Assembly: GCA_044224925.1 (NCBI GenBank)
Contig: JBGAJM010000012.1
Coordinates: 1,510 to 65,509 of the forward strand
Source: Candidatus Kapaibacterium sp.
GTDB lineage: Bacteria > Bacteroidota > Ignavibacteria > Kapaibacteriales > Kapaibacteriaceae
DNA length: 64,000 nucleotides
Direction of reading: 5' to 3'
Below the pieces are notes generated by a model. It saw only the letters and a list, made by a program, of their open reading frames with translations. It did no database searches and had not been told where the DNA came from. Made by a program: the position numbers and the translations under genes. Positions 10,405-20,832 of this stretch are shown here, piece after piece (the stretch's first letter is position 1; each line of letters begins with the position of its first letter).

Positions 10405-10985
10405 ATCCGAGCATCTCCGAACGTGCGATCCAATGCAAGAGCGTGCTTCAGCATAACCTGATATCCGGCGTCGGAGATCTCCACAGCGCCAAGAGACTGA
10501 GTGTGATCGTTGATATACTGTGTGTCCAGCAACGTGAACCCGCGTTGTTGCAGCGCTGCGATCAAGTGCACGAAGGCCACCTTCGATGCATTCGATACAT
10601 GCGAGAACATCGACTCGCCAAAGAAGGCGCCACCGATGCTCACGCCATAGAGTCCGCCCACCAAGCGCTCGTTCTGCCACACCTCTACGGAGTGTGCATG
10701 TCCGAGTTCATGCAGGGCGCAATAGGTATCCACGATCTCCGGACTGATCCACGAGTCCTCTCGAACGGCACAGGCCGTGATCACATCGTCGAACGACGTG
10801 TCGAAGGTGATCTCGAACGGCCTGCGTTGGACGAGGCGACGCAACGACCGTGCAATATGCACACGATCGAGGGGGATTATGGCACGTGGGTCGGGTCGGT
10901 GCCACACGATCCGCTCTGTTGGCGGCTCTGCCATCGGAAAGTAGCCGTTTTCGTAGCCGATCAACACAACAGAAGGGAGCAGCAT
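10401..10985 (-). CDS. aat: Leucyl/phenylalanyl-tRNA--protein transferase
   Basis: GYFPMA, PDPRAII, HAHSVEVW, GGLYGVSIGGAFFGESMFS and SKVA motifs. Confidence 0.95.
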   Translation of the reverse strand: MLLPSVVLIGYENGYFPMAEPPTERIVWHRPDPRAIIPLDRVHIARSLRRLVQRRPFEITFDTSFDDVITACAVREDSWISPEIVDTYCALHELGHAHSVEVWQNERLVGGLYGVSIGGAFFGESMFSHVSNASKVAFVHLIAALQQRGFTLLDTQYINDHTQSLGAVEISDAGYQVMLKHALALDRTFGDARI

Positions 10986-11014
10986 GCCCGCAAACTACGA
11001 CAGCGAGAAGGATG

Positions 11015-14000
11015 TTACCGCAGGACGGAGAACTGTCCGTGCGAGATCTGAACGGGTCTCGAACCCGATTCACTCCACACCGCTGCATAGTAGACGCCGG
11101 AGGGAAGGCCCGTTAGATCGACGATCTCACCGCGGTGAACGACCCCCGACATGTGAATGGTGCCCACGGCGTCGACGACGCGCAGCAGGAGCCGCTCGTT
11201 CTTCACCGGTCTGTCGTGCAGCAGCACTCCGTCGATGACGATGCTCACCACATCGCGCGACGGATTCGGATAGACGGCAAGGATGGACGCGTTGGTGAGG
11301 TCGACGGAGCGCATCGACTGCAGGTCGACACTGCGAGTGGTGCCGCGAGCCATGCGCCCAAACGACACCGGCTGCGGATCGATGTCGCGGTCCTCGCGGT
11401 ACATGAGGGCGTCGGCACCTGCATGCAGAAGGCGCAGCCGATAGGTGCGGTTGTCGCCGTTGCTCACGTAGTACCGCTGATGGACCTCGTTGTCGGGAGC
11501 CGACGCGTCTGCTGCTGCAAGATCAAGTTGTGCCGACATGGGCGCACTCGGGTCGCTATCCTCGATCGACAGTTGAATGCCGTCGCGAAGTCCGCCGCCG
11601 GAGATGATATCGATGCCGCTGATGTCGTCGACGATGAAGTCGTCGGAGACGAGTGTCGTGGGTCCGGTGGTCAAGGCATGCTGCTGCATTGCCATGGCCG
11701 TGCTGCCCGAGTATCCGCTGCGAAGTGCAGTATCGGTCTGCGGGTGAAATGCGATCGGCGTCCCGTCTTCAAGGACGGCGCGCACGGTCACGCTCTCATC
11801 GCGTTGCTGATATCCGGATCGCGTAACGGGAGCTGCCGGGGTCTCGTCAGCCGACGTCTTGTAGAACGCCTCGGCACTCACGTACAGATGCGGGGGCGTG
11901 TCGCCCGTGTACTGCATGATGCGTCGTATCGGTCGAATGCCAAGCGGGAAGTTCTCGCGCATGCGCATGGCAAGATGCGGCCAGGCACCGCCGGCGGTGA
12001 GGAAGTCGTAGTGCAGGATCAGACCCGACGACGACGGCAGGCGCGGCGTGCGACGAAGAAAGATCTGCTGCACGGAGATGGAAGGAAACTGCGCGAGGCC
12101 TGTCCAGTAGGAGGCATGCCCGGAGTCGCGATGACTCCGCAGCGTGTCGTAGACGGCAGAATCCAACACACAATAGTTCACAACGAGCGACGAGTCGGAA
12201 ACGTCGCCGCGAATGATGTGCAGGCTGTCGTCATAGCTCACGAGACTGTCGTCAACGACGCCCTCCCACGTAAGCGAGTCGATGCGCACGATGCCGCTTG
12301 TGAGAACCGGGTGGAAGAGGCTCACCGTGCTGCCATAGGTGGTGTTCGTCCACCAGTAATGCAACTGTGACGGGATCGTATCGGTGCGGTCGATGAAGTG
12401 GTTATAGCGTATGCGCGACCGGCCCTGCGAGGTGATGTATTCGGCCCATGCAACGGTCTCGTGGTTGTAGGAGAACGATCCGCTCGGCGAACCGTCGGCA
12501 TCACGGATGAAGAGACCCATGGTGTCCGACTGCAGGCTCCTGACAACCACCGGCAGCTCTGCACGTGCCCCTGCTTCTTTGCCGCCCACAACGGCGATCC
12601 TGTTCGTCGTATCAAGAGGAATGGACGGCGGTGAGCTGGAATCGTAGGACATCTCCACAAATCGCGGAAGTGTGCGGGCAATGGCACTTCCGGTGCCGGG
12701 CGTAAGACGTGTGTATCGTATGTGCGGATGCGTGGAACCCTCCTGCCATACGAGTGTTGCATCGGTGCGCTGGTGTGCGATATTGGAATACACGTTCAGG
12801 CTCGGGAAGCGGGCCGTTCCGCCGACGAGGGTGTCGGTGCCGCTGATGATCGTAGGGGTCGGAACTCTTGTCAGTGCACTCTGGTTCGGCAACCACGTCT
12901 GCGTGCTGCTCTTCTTTCCGGCACCGATGCCGGTGTTGCTTGCACTCCATGCATAGTACATGGTGTTGCTGCCGCTTGCATTGATCACGGGCGTACCGTA
13001 GCGTGCGAGGCTCTTGAGCGTGTCGGCACCGCCGTCGTGGTTCATGTCCTTGCGGCAGACCACCAGCGAGCGGCCGTTGGCGCCGAGATAGGTTGTGTCC
13101 GTGGAGGCAGCATCGAGAAAGGCATTCTCGACCACATGAAAGTAGGTATTGCGCTCCGGCGTTTTCGTCCACATGTCCTCACAAGCATAGACAACGAAGA
13201 TCTTCGGCACGTTGCTCTGCACTTCACGCACGACGATGCTCGGGAAACCGCACGAGCAGTCCTTGAGTGTCGTCACAAGTGTGTCAAGGTTCGACAGGTA
13301 TCCTGCGGAATCGGCGGGGTCATTATAGCGTGTTCCGTATGCTCTATCGGTAGGATAGATGCTGAGCCCCGTCTGCTTGCTGAGTGCAATGGAGGGTTCC
13401 CATGCGATACCGTCCACCGATGGGAGCGTGTCCTTGTGATAGAGTCGCGACCGTTTGTAGTAGACCGTCCACACATTCAATCGAGCTGATTCCTTCAGTT
13501 CGCGAGCGTGATAGACCATGTGATAGCGAATGGAATCCGTATAGCCCGACGAATCCGCCTTCGCAACAGGAAAGGCGATCAGTTTGTTCTGTGTGGAGTA
13601 GGCCAGATAACCGCTTGCGATCGAATCGGCTGCACGAATGCATTTGATGCGGAGGAACCGTGTTTCGCCGGGACGCAGATCGATGGTGAAGTGCTTCTGA
13701 GAAGAGACCACCGTATCGATCGCCCATGCAGAGTCCTGCCGTGGCACCATGTCGCGAATGTTGAACAGGTAGGGAGTAGAGAGATCGACAGAATACTTGA
13801 ACGGGATCTCGATGCGTCGTGCGCCCACCTGGCGGTAGCGCAGGTCGGGACGGCTATGGCGCGTAAGGGTATCGAAGTCGTACGACGCCATGAACTCGAT
13901 GGAGTCGAGAAGGTGTGCATTGTACAGCCACGGCAGCGTACGCCTGTTCGTAACGGCAAGGATGCAGAACGTGTCGGTCGTTCCTGCTTCGACGGTGTCC

Positions 14001-16738
14001 ATGAGAACCATATCATACAGATTCTCATCCGTCGGCTCTTCACGCAGCACAAGCGTGGTATCCGACGCTGAGGTGCGCTCCCACCTGTACACGTGCACGG
14101 AATCAGCGAAGGCCTCCACCCAGTGGCGCAGCCGATTGGTATCACCGTTCATGAGTGTGCGATAGCCCTTGCCGAACCACCCCACGGGGCGTGTGCGCAT
14201 GAAGTAGTAGGCGTTGGAGCGATCGACGGAATGCGGGTAGACGGTCTGCGTGTCGGTGACAAGATCGTGCCACCACTTCGACTCCATGAGCATGGAACGG
14301 CGGCCCGCGTAGACGTGCTGCGAAGAGTCGCCGGGCATACATCGTTTGATGCCCATGAAGCCGGCCATCGTGTCGAGGTTGTTGTAGGACTGGATCATGT
14401 ACGGGTCATTGTCGGTGAGGTAGTCGCTCCCCAGATGACCCGAGTTGACAAGACTGTCAGCCGTTACGGTGGTGTCGTGGTCCCAGGCACGCGCTACGGA
14501 GTCGTCGCAGATGGGGCCGGGAAGGAAGGCCTTCGTAGAAGGGCGGTGCGTGGAATCAATGATGTCAGGATCATCACTGGGATAGATCTGTTTTCCCGCA
14601 AAGAACGACTCGTCCAGCGAATCCGTTGGCGGTGGCACCGGATACCCATAGCGCCACTTGTCATACATGAATCCTCGGCAGCCCATGGAGAGCGACGCGC
14701 CGTGCTCAAGGCGCACCCATTCACCCGTCTGCGGCACCTTATCAGTGTGCCGGAAGTAGGGACGTCCGCTCGAATCCACATTGAACGTCGGGTTCATGTG
14801 ATAGAAGAAGTTCGCCCACCAGTCACGGCGCTTGGCAAAGAACATGTCTCCGGTCTGATACATCATGACAAAGGCGATGTTCTCGAACCAGGCCGCCGGA
14901 CCTCGGTCGGAATTGATGAACTCCTGATAGGCGACACCCGTACGATAGGCCGAGTCGAGCGGCAGACCATAGGTTCCGTAGCCCGAGCGTGCATAGTTCG
15001 TCTTCACCATGGCTTCCGAAAGAAGCGGATCCGTGACGACGGCGTCTCGGCTATAACCGTTCTTGAGTCCCATCGATGGCGTCGGCATGGGTGTATTGGT
15101 GTGGACGTTACCTTCCTTGCCGTTGGCGAAGTATGGTGCTGCGACCTGGAAGCCGGGCTGCGACATGCCTGCCATCCACAGGAACTTCGTCGGGAATCCC
15201 TGCAGCTTCTGATGACCGTACTCGCCGTGCTCATTGTCGCCCGTGAACAGCGGTCCGCCGAAGCCCGCCTCCGACGTCAGGCGCTTGTCAAGTAATTGCA
15301 ACCGGTAGCGCATACCAAGCAAGTGCTCGATGCGGAACTCGTCGCACATGTAGAACGACAGCACCTTGAAGGTGCGACCCGTCGAATCGTGATAGGCATT
15401 GAGCTCGCTCTTCATGGACGCAACGTGATCTTTCATCTGACTCGCCCACAACTGATCATTGTATCCGCTCGTCGCACGCTTGGTCTGTGGTGTGAGTAGC
15501 GAGATGGAACGGATAGCCACCGACGAATTGCCATGATACCACACCGTCACGCCGAGCGTGTCGATGGCCATGTAGCGTTTGTTGGTGTCGGCCAACGTTA
15601 ACGTGTCGGCGTTGTGTCGTGGAAAGTCAAAGGGCTCATGCTTGAGAATGTGGGGGCGGCGCTGGCCAAACAATGTATCTCCGCCAGGTTGTGCTTGGAT
15701 CTCCAGTAAAGTGTCCGTTCTGAATTCCGCCACGATGGTAATGTCAGGACCATGTGCATCAGAGTGCAACGGCAGCATATTTCGCCGGATCACAATCGAG
15801 TCAACGAACTCATTGGTATCAACATCGCGCATATGCATTTCTGTACCACGTCCGTTGGGGAGTTGGAATGTACCTGCAATTGCATCCGGAACAGTGCGGA
15901 ATGGCATGCGATAACGAATTGAATCAACGGTCTTGTTCGTGTCGACGTGATCCTTCCAACGCAACTGATACGGAACGACAACGCTGACAACTGCAGCAGT
16001 GTCTTCGATTTCGTCAGAGGATGAAGTTCGCCGAAGGTTGATCACAAGCTGCAAGCGCCTGCAGTCGACGCTGTCTTTAGGCGGGAACTCAGTGTCAAGC
16101 GGCGAATTCCAGTCGACAGCACTTGTGATGTACAACCTGTTACGCGGCTCGGCGGAATCCAACACCTTCACGGGATACGTCAGCGATGTGTCTATGTCGA
16201 GGCGGTAGCGCCGGTAGTTGACGTCGCTCGTCACCGACGAGACCGAACCGTAGTGCCGTGCCGTGAACGATAGCGGCCAGGCATCTGTGTCGCGCGGTTG
16301 CCACGATCTGTCGTAGCCACCATTCTCAGCGGGCTCCCAACGCATGCCCATCCACTCGTCGATAAAGGCCATGTTCGAGCCGGGCAGATTTGCGAGCGGC
16401 GATGTCCAGACGAGATAGTTCGTATCACCATTGCCGCGTCCCAAGTGCTTGAGCTGACGGATATGACCGAGTGCGTCAAGGTATCCGAACTGATCGGCCG
16501 TCACATTCATGCGAAGCGATGTGTTGAGCTTGTCGAGATCGGCTGTGCCCCACTGATGACCAAGTGCGAACGAGGGCAGCCGTGCGGTAAAGACCGTCGT
16601 GTCCCACACGAATGTCGAGTCGATGCTGTGCAGGTCACCAACGAGAATGGTGTTTTGTGCATGGGCACAAACTTGAAGTCCCGTGAAGAGCAGTACCAGA
16701 CTCAGCACGCGCACACTCGTGGCCGTGACAGCCCTCAT
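11015..16738 (-). CDS. Giant (1907 aa) secreted protein of unknown function with T9SS C-terminal domain
   Basis: Signal peptide MRAVTATSVRVLSLVLLFTGLQVCAHA. C-terminal 'VYPNPSRDVV...LTGLPSGVYY'. Confidence 0.8.
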   Translation of the reverse strand: MRAVTATSVRVLSLVLLFTGLQVCAHAQNTILVGDLHSIDSTFVWDTTVFTARLPSFALGHQWGTADLDKLNTSLRMNVTADQFGYLDALGHIRQLKHLGRGNGDTNYLVWTSPLANLPGSNMAFIDEWMGMRWEPAENGGYDRSWQPRDTDAWPLSFTARHYGSVSSVTSDVNYRRYRLDIDTSLTYPVKVLDSAEPRNRLYITSAVDWNSPLDTEFPPKDSVDCRRLQLVINLRRTSSSDEIEDTAAVVSVVVPYQLRWKDHVDTNKTVDSIRYRMPFRTVPDAIAGTFQLPNGRGTEMHMRDVDTNEFVDSIVIRRNMLPLHSDAHGPDITIVAEFRTDTLLEIQAQPGGDTLFGQRRPHILKHEPFDFPRHNADTLTLADTNKRYMAIDTLGVTVWYHGNSSVAIRSISLLTPQTKRATSGYNDQLWASQMKDHVASMKSELNAYHDSTGRTFKVLSFYMCDEFRIEHLLGMRYRLQLLDKRLTSEAGFGGPLFTGDNEHGEYGHQKLQGFPTKFLWMAGMSQPGFQVAAPYFANGKEGNVHTNTPMPTPSMGLKNGYSRDAVVTDPLLSEAMVKTNYARSGYGTYGLPLDSAYRTGVAYQEFINSDRGPAAWFENIAFVMMYQTGDMFFAKRRDWWANFFYHMNPTFNVDSSGRPYFRHTDKVPQTGEWVRLEHGASLSMGCRGFMYDKWRYGYPVPPPTDSLDESFFAGKQIYPSDDPDIIDSTHRPSTKAFLPGPICDDSVARAWDHDTTVTADSLVNSGHLGSDYLTDNDPYMIQSYNNLDTMAGFMGIKRCMPGDSSQHVYAGRRSMLMESKWWHDLVTDTQTVYPHSVDRSNAYYFMRTRPVGWFGKGYRTLMNGDTNRLRHWVEAFADSVHVYRWERTSASDTTLVLREEPTDENLYDMVLMDTVEAGTTDTFCILAVTNRRTLPWLYNAHLLDSIEFMASYDFDTLTRHSRPDLRYRQVGARRIEIPFKYSVDLSTPYLFNIRDMVPRQDSAWAIDTVVSSQKHFTIDLRPGETRFLRIKCIRAADSIASGYLAYSTQNKLIAFPVAKADSSGYTDSIRYHMVYHARELKESARLNVWTVYYKRSRLYHKDTLPSVDGIAWEPSIALSKQTGLSIYPTDRAYGTRYNDPADSAGYLSNLDTLVTTLKDCSCGFPSIVVREVQSNVPKIFVVYACEDMWTKTPERNTYFHVVENAFLDAASTDTTYLGANGRSLVVCRKDMNHDGGADTLKSLARYGTPVINASGSNTMYYAWSASNTGIGAGKKSSTQTWLPNQSALTRVPTPTIISGTDTLVGGTARFPSLNVYSNIAHQRTDATLVWQEGSTHPHIRYTRLTPGTGSAIARTLPRFVEMSYDSSSPPSIPLDTTNRIAVVGGKEAGARAELPVVVRSLQSDTMGLFIRDADGSPSGSFSYNHETVAWAEYITSQGRSRIRYNHFIDRTDTIPSQLHYWWTNTTYGSTVSLFHPVLTSGIVRIDSLTWEGVVDDSLVSYDDSLHIIRGDVSDSSLVVNYCVLDSAVYDTLRSHRDSGHASYWTGLAQFPSISVQQIFLRRTPRLPSSSGLILHYDFLTAGGAWPHLAMRMRENFPLGIRPIRRIMQYTGDTPPHLYVSAEAFYKTSADETPAAPVTRSGYQQRDESVTVRAVLEDGTPIAFHPQTDTALRSGYSGSTAMAMQQHALTTGPTTLVSDDFIVDDISGIDIISGGGLRDGIQLSIEDSDPSAPMSAQLDLAAADASAPDNEVHQRYYVSNGDNRTYRLRLLHAGADALMYREDRDIDPQPVSFGRMARGTTRSVDLQSMRSVDLTNASILAVYPNPSRDVVSIVIDGVLLHDRPVKNERLLLRVVDAVGTIHMSGVVHRGEIVDLTGLPSGVYYAAVWSESGSRPVQISHGQFSVLR

Positions 16739-16752
16739 GATGGCCTCCGCAG

Positions 16753-18222
16753 TTATCGTGTGACGGGGATCGAGACGACAAGAGTGCCGATGTGCACGCG
16801 CAGGAAGTAAGCGCCCGAGGGCCGGTTGTGTAGAAGTGTGGCTACGTCGTAGTGCTTGACTCCGACGTCGAGCGTAGTTGGCGGGACGACCGTCCACTGC
16901 TGACCTGTGACGGTAGCAACGTCGACGGAGACAACGTCAGATGTGACGAGTGTAACATCGAGTTGATTGCCGACAATGCTGGCCGTTGAAATCCTGGGGT
17001 CGTCGGTCGGGTTCTCGTCTACACCGACGGATTGATCGAAGGTGATCACCGCCATGCGTCCATCTACCGTGCCGCCCGTGAGGACGATATCAGGTTTGCC
17101 GTCACCCGTCTGATCGTTGATCACAGTGAATCCACGTGCTGGCTGAAGCCCCGTTCTATTGTAGCTGAATTTTGCGAAGGCAGTCGTGATGTTATCGGCA
17201 TAGAAATAGCAAAAGCCTCGATAGGTATCGATGCCGATAACGGGAACATCAGTGCCTAGACTATGACCCATGTTGTCACAGAAGGCAAGTGAATACTCGG
17301 TCACCTTCTCGCCCGTGGGAGCGAACCGTCCGTCGGTGATGTCGAAGCGCTCCACGCCTTTCGTCACCGGGTCCCACTTCAACACTCGTTCAACAAGTAG
17401 ATAGTCCTTATGATGAACCGTATCGATGAGCTCCTCTACCATGCCAAACGGATCATCGTTCAGTGATGAACTTCCGCCGTAGAGTGAATCAAGTGGTGTG
17501 AACGTTGTCTCGAAGATATTGCCTGTGCGTTTCAGGCCAACGTCATAGAGCATCATGATTGGAGAAAGGTCGGACTGACCACGCTCCCATTGTACAAATC
17601 GCCACCGACCCGAAGAAGAACGAAAGAATGCACGTTTCAGCGATTTGTAGCGGTTCGGATAGCCATGGATCTCGGCCACACGCTCGCATCCCTTGCCTGC
17701 ATTGGGTCCGCCAAGGATAACGTGGGCTAGCATACCTCCACCCAACAGATCGCACACCACGTCTAGGTATCCGTCGCCGTCGACATCCATGGAATAGTTT
17801 GGGAGAATGTTTGAAGTCCAGCAGTTGACAGTATCAAGTCTAGTGCGCCGGGAGGGATCGCCAATGAATTCACAATGCTCGATTCGTCCATTAACATTCA
17901 TGTACTCCAGTGGTGGAACTCCATCATAATCAATCTGCATAAATACACTATTCCAATACAAAGGTGTTGGCAAACTCGTGTCTATTCGTGGTGAGGTCTT
18001 GAAAGCCCGACCTCCCGTAGTCGAGCTCACAGTAACAACATCCATGCCTGGACTCTCACATGGTGATGCGGTGTATTGCGGCGCGCCAACGGACCCGCCC
18101 ACCCGCACATTCATCACTGTTTTGACGGGCACTGCTTTGGAGATGTCGAACGGCACTTGTGCGCTAACCAAACACGTAGCCGAAAGGATCAATGCTATCA
18201 TCAAACGTCGATACGTTCTCAT
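16753..18222 (-). CDS. Secreted FG-GAP-like repeat protein with T9SS CTD (paralogue copy 2)
   Basis: Signal peptide ending SAQ, DVDGDGYLDVV and DQTGDGKPDI motifs, C-terminal PSGAYFLRV. Confidence 0.78.
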   Translation of the reverse strand: MRTYRRLMIALILSATCLVSAQVPFDISKAVPVKTVMNVRVGGSVGAPQYTASPCESPGMDVVTVSSTTGGRAFKTSPRIDTSLPTPLYWNSVFMQIDYDGVPPLEYMNVNGRIEHCEFIGDPSRRTRLDTVNCWTSNILPNYSMDVDGDGYLDVVCDLLGGGMLAHVILGGPNAGKGCERVAEIHGYPNRYKSLKRAFFRSSSGRWRFVQWERGQSDLSPIMMLYDVGLKRTGNIFETTFTPLDSLYGGSSSLNDDPFGMVEELIDTVHHKDYLLVERVLKWDPVTKGVERFDITDGRFAPTGEKVTEYSLAFCDNMGHSLGTDVPVIGIDTYRGFCYFYADNITTAFAKFSYNRTGLQPARGFTVINDQTGDGKPDIVLTGGTVDGRMAVITFDQSVGVDENPTDDPRISTASIVGNQLDVTLVTSDVVSVDVATVTGQQWTVVPPTTLDVGVKHYDVATLLHNRPSGAYFLRVHIGTLVVSIPVTR

Positions 18223-18305
18223 CAGACCCGCTCCACAATACTCTAAGGTGCGATTGCGACTCAAACATAGGCAGGAATTGGATGCCTCGCCACCTTACTT
18301 CCTTG

Positions 18306-18494
18306 TCATCCGATAATCGAATGAAGTGCGCATTTGCGCTTGTCGAGATCGGCTGCTCCCCACTGATGCCCGAGTGCAAACGAGGGCAGCCCACCAACGA
18401 GTATGGTGTTTTGAGCATGGACACAAACTTGCAGTACCGTGAAGAGCAGTACCGTACTCAGCATGTGCACACCCGAGCCTGTGACAGCCCTCAT
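18306..18494 (-). pseudogene. Truncated remnant of the 5' end of the giant protein gene
   Basis: MRAVTGSGVHMLSTVLLFTVLQVCVHAQNTILVG-GLPSFALGHQWGAADLDK matches the giant's N-terminus with an in-frame 54-bp deletion (16582-16635 equivalent), then diverges and stops. Confidence 0.85.
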
Positions 18495-18508
18495 GATGGC
18501 CTCCGCAG

Positions 18509-19979
18509 TTATCGTGTGACGGGGATCGAGACGACGTGGGTGCCGATGTGCACGCGCAAAAAGTAGGCGCCCGATGGGCGGTTGCGAAGCAAGGTTGCAA
18601 TGTCATAGTGCAGTGTGCCCGTATCTGCATGTGTTGGCGGCACTGCAGTCCATTGTTGTCCCGTGACTGTGGCAACATCGATGGAGATCGTCTCAGGTGT
18701 TGTGAGCACGATGTCTACGTGATCACCCACAACGCGTGCTGTTGATGATGCGGGTTGGTCTGTTAAGGCATCCTCGACGCCAACGGATTGGTCAAAAGTG
18801 ATCACCATCATGCGGCCGTCCGTAGGAGAACCCCCGGAAAGAACAATGTCAGGTTTTCCGTCTCCGGTTTGGTCATTGATAACGGTAAATCCCGCTACCG
18901 GTTGTATGCCGGTATTGGTTGGAATAAAGCGAGCGAACGGCGTTGTGATGTTATCTGCAAAACAATAGCAAAAACCACGACTACTGCCGATGCCGATGAT
19001 AGGGATATCCGTACCAAGACTGTGGCCAAGGTTGTCATTGTCGCCGAGCTGATACCCCGTGACCCGTTCACCTGTTGAGGTGAACTTTCCATTCGTGATA
19101 TCGAACCGTTCAACCGCCCAGGTTCTATCGCTGAAATTCACAATACGTTCCATCAGCAGGTAGTCCTTCTTGTGCACGGTATCGACGACCTCCTCCACCA
19201 CACCAAACGGATCGTCATCAAGCGACGAGCTGCCTCCGTACAGAGAATCCAAGGGTGTGAATGTTGTCTCGAATGCGTTTCCTACTCGCTTGAGGCCGAC
19301 GTCATAGAGGAACATCCTTGGCGATAGGTCCGATTGACCGCGCTCCCATTGCACGAAACGCCATCGTCCTGATGACGATCGAAAGAACGAACATTGCTCC
19401 GATTTGTAGTTGTGCGGATACCCGCGGATCACAGCAACTCGCTGACAGCCTTTGCCGGCATTAGGACCACCCAAGATCACATGAGCCAAAACTCCGCCAC
19501 CCAGCAGGTCGCACACGACATCGAGATACCCGTCGCCGTCCACATCCATGGAGTAGTTGGGGAGGATGTTCCTCGTCCAGCAGTTGACCGTGTCTATGGA
19601 TACCCGATGAAAACTCCCGTCAAAGTCACCGCAGCGGTCGATTCGGCCATTGTCACTCATTAGTTCGAATGGTGGCATGCCATCGTAATCGATGGACATA
19701 GATGAGAGGCCCAACCCCTTTGGCGCTTCCGCCGATGTGTCTATACGTGGTAATGTGTTGAAGACTCGGCCACCAGTCGAACTGCCAATCGTCAAAACGT
19801 TAAACTCTAGAACATCGCACGGCGATGGAACATATCGCGGCCTCCCCACTTCGCCACCAACTCGCACATTCATTACCGTCTTTGCCAATAGCCTTCGACA
19901 GATCGAACGGCACCTGCGCTACACCAACATGATGCAGACACAACACGAGAACGATGCCGATGAGTGAGCGTGTGATCAC
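18509..19979 (-). pseudogene. Secreted FG-GAP-like T9SS protein (paralogue copy 1), frameshifted just after the signal peptide
   Basis: GTG at 19979 overlaps the trmB stop and gives VITRSLIGIVLVLCLHHVGVAQVPFDLSKAI. The body (AKTVMNVRVGG...) is in another frame from about 19887. The paralogue reads AQVPFDISKAVPVKTVMNVRVGG. Confidence 0.72.
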
Positions 19980-20674
19980 GGGATGGCGTTCGGTGTGGCG
20001 ACAGTGATACGTCGGGCGGTGCGTCGGACGTAGGGGATGTTCTTGCGATCGCAGAAGCGTTGCTGATCGGTGGTGCCGGGCAGACCCCAGGCGTCGTCGT
20101 CGTGGGGGTCGGAAAGAACGAAGCCGCCGTGCGCTGCGATGACCTGACCTTGATACTCGTCCACATCCGGTCGGTCCGTTGCCAGATACAACACGGCATC
20201 GGGACGCATCACGCGATGGAGCATGTTCAAGAAGTCGACCGTGAAGGCGCGACGTTTATGGTGCTTGTTCTTTGGCCATGGGTCCGGAAAGAGATAGAAG
20301 ACACGGTCGATGCTCTCTGTTACGATGAAGTCGATGCCGTTCACCACCGAATACCACCGGGCATGAGCATTGCCGAGCTGTTCACCCCGAATGACGCCGT
20401 TGATCCAGTCCACCAACTGATCCCGCACCTCGATGCCGAAGATGTTCACGTCGGGATGGGCCATGGCATAGGCCAGTAGAAGTCCGCCTCGACCGCAGCC
20501 GATGTCGAGCACCGTGGGCGGCGCGCCGTTCGCAAAGACGGTGCTCCAGTCGATCCGGTCGATATCCGGCGGATACCACGCCGGAAGATGCTTGTGCTGA
20601 TGCGCCGGAAGGTAGAGCAGGGAGCTCACATGGTGGCGAACACGGGGAATGGGATACTTTTTTGAATCGATCAT
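19976..20674 (-). CDS. trmB: tRNA (guanine-N7)-methyltransferase
   Basis: LDIGCGRG SAM motif, FPDPWPKNKHHKRR and ATD. Confidence 0.92.
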   Translation of the reverse strand: MIDSKKYPIPRVRHHVSSLLYLPAHQHKHLPAWYPPDIDRIDWSTVFANGAPPTVLDIGCGRGGLLLAYAMAHPDVNIFGIEVRDQLVDWINGVIRGEQLGNAHARWYSVVNGIDFIVTESIDRVFYLFPDPWPKNKHHKRRAFTVDFLNMLHRVMRPDAVLYLATDRPDVDEYQGQVIAAHGGFVLSDPHDDDAWGLPGTTDQQRFCDRKNIPYVRRTARRITVATPNAIP

Positions 20675-20697
20675 GGGCTCTTCTTCACGGTTTTCCA

Positions 20698-20747
20698 CAA
20701 AACTAACGCCCAACCACCCTCTTGAAACGCGTTTTTTCCTATCTTCG
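20698..20747. promoter_or_regulatory. Divergent trmB / secD promoters (-7 boxes)
   Basis: TAGTTTTG on the - strand (20698-20705). TATCTTCG on the + strand (20740-20747) with upstream TTG at 20722. Both resemble the Bacteroidota TAnnTTTG consensus. Confidence 0.55.
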
Positions 20748-20832
20748 CAGTCCTTTTGTCCATGCAAAAGGACGGGACGGGCGTGTGCAGTTTTGCCGCC
20801 CGAGCACTCGTAATTGACTTCGATCGAAGAAC

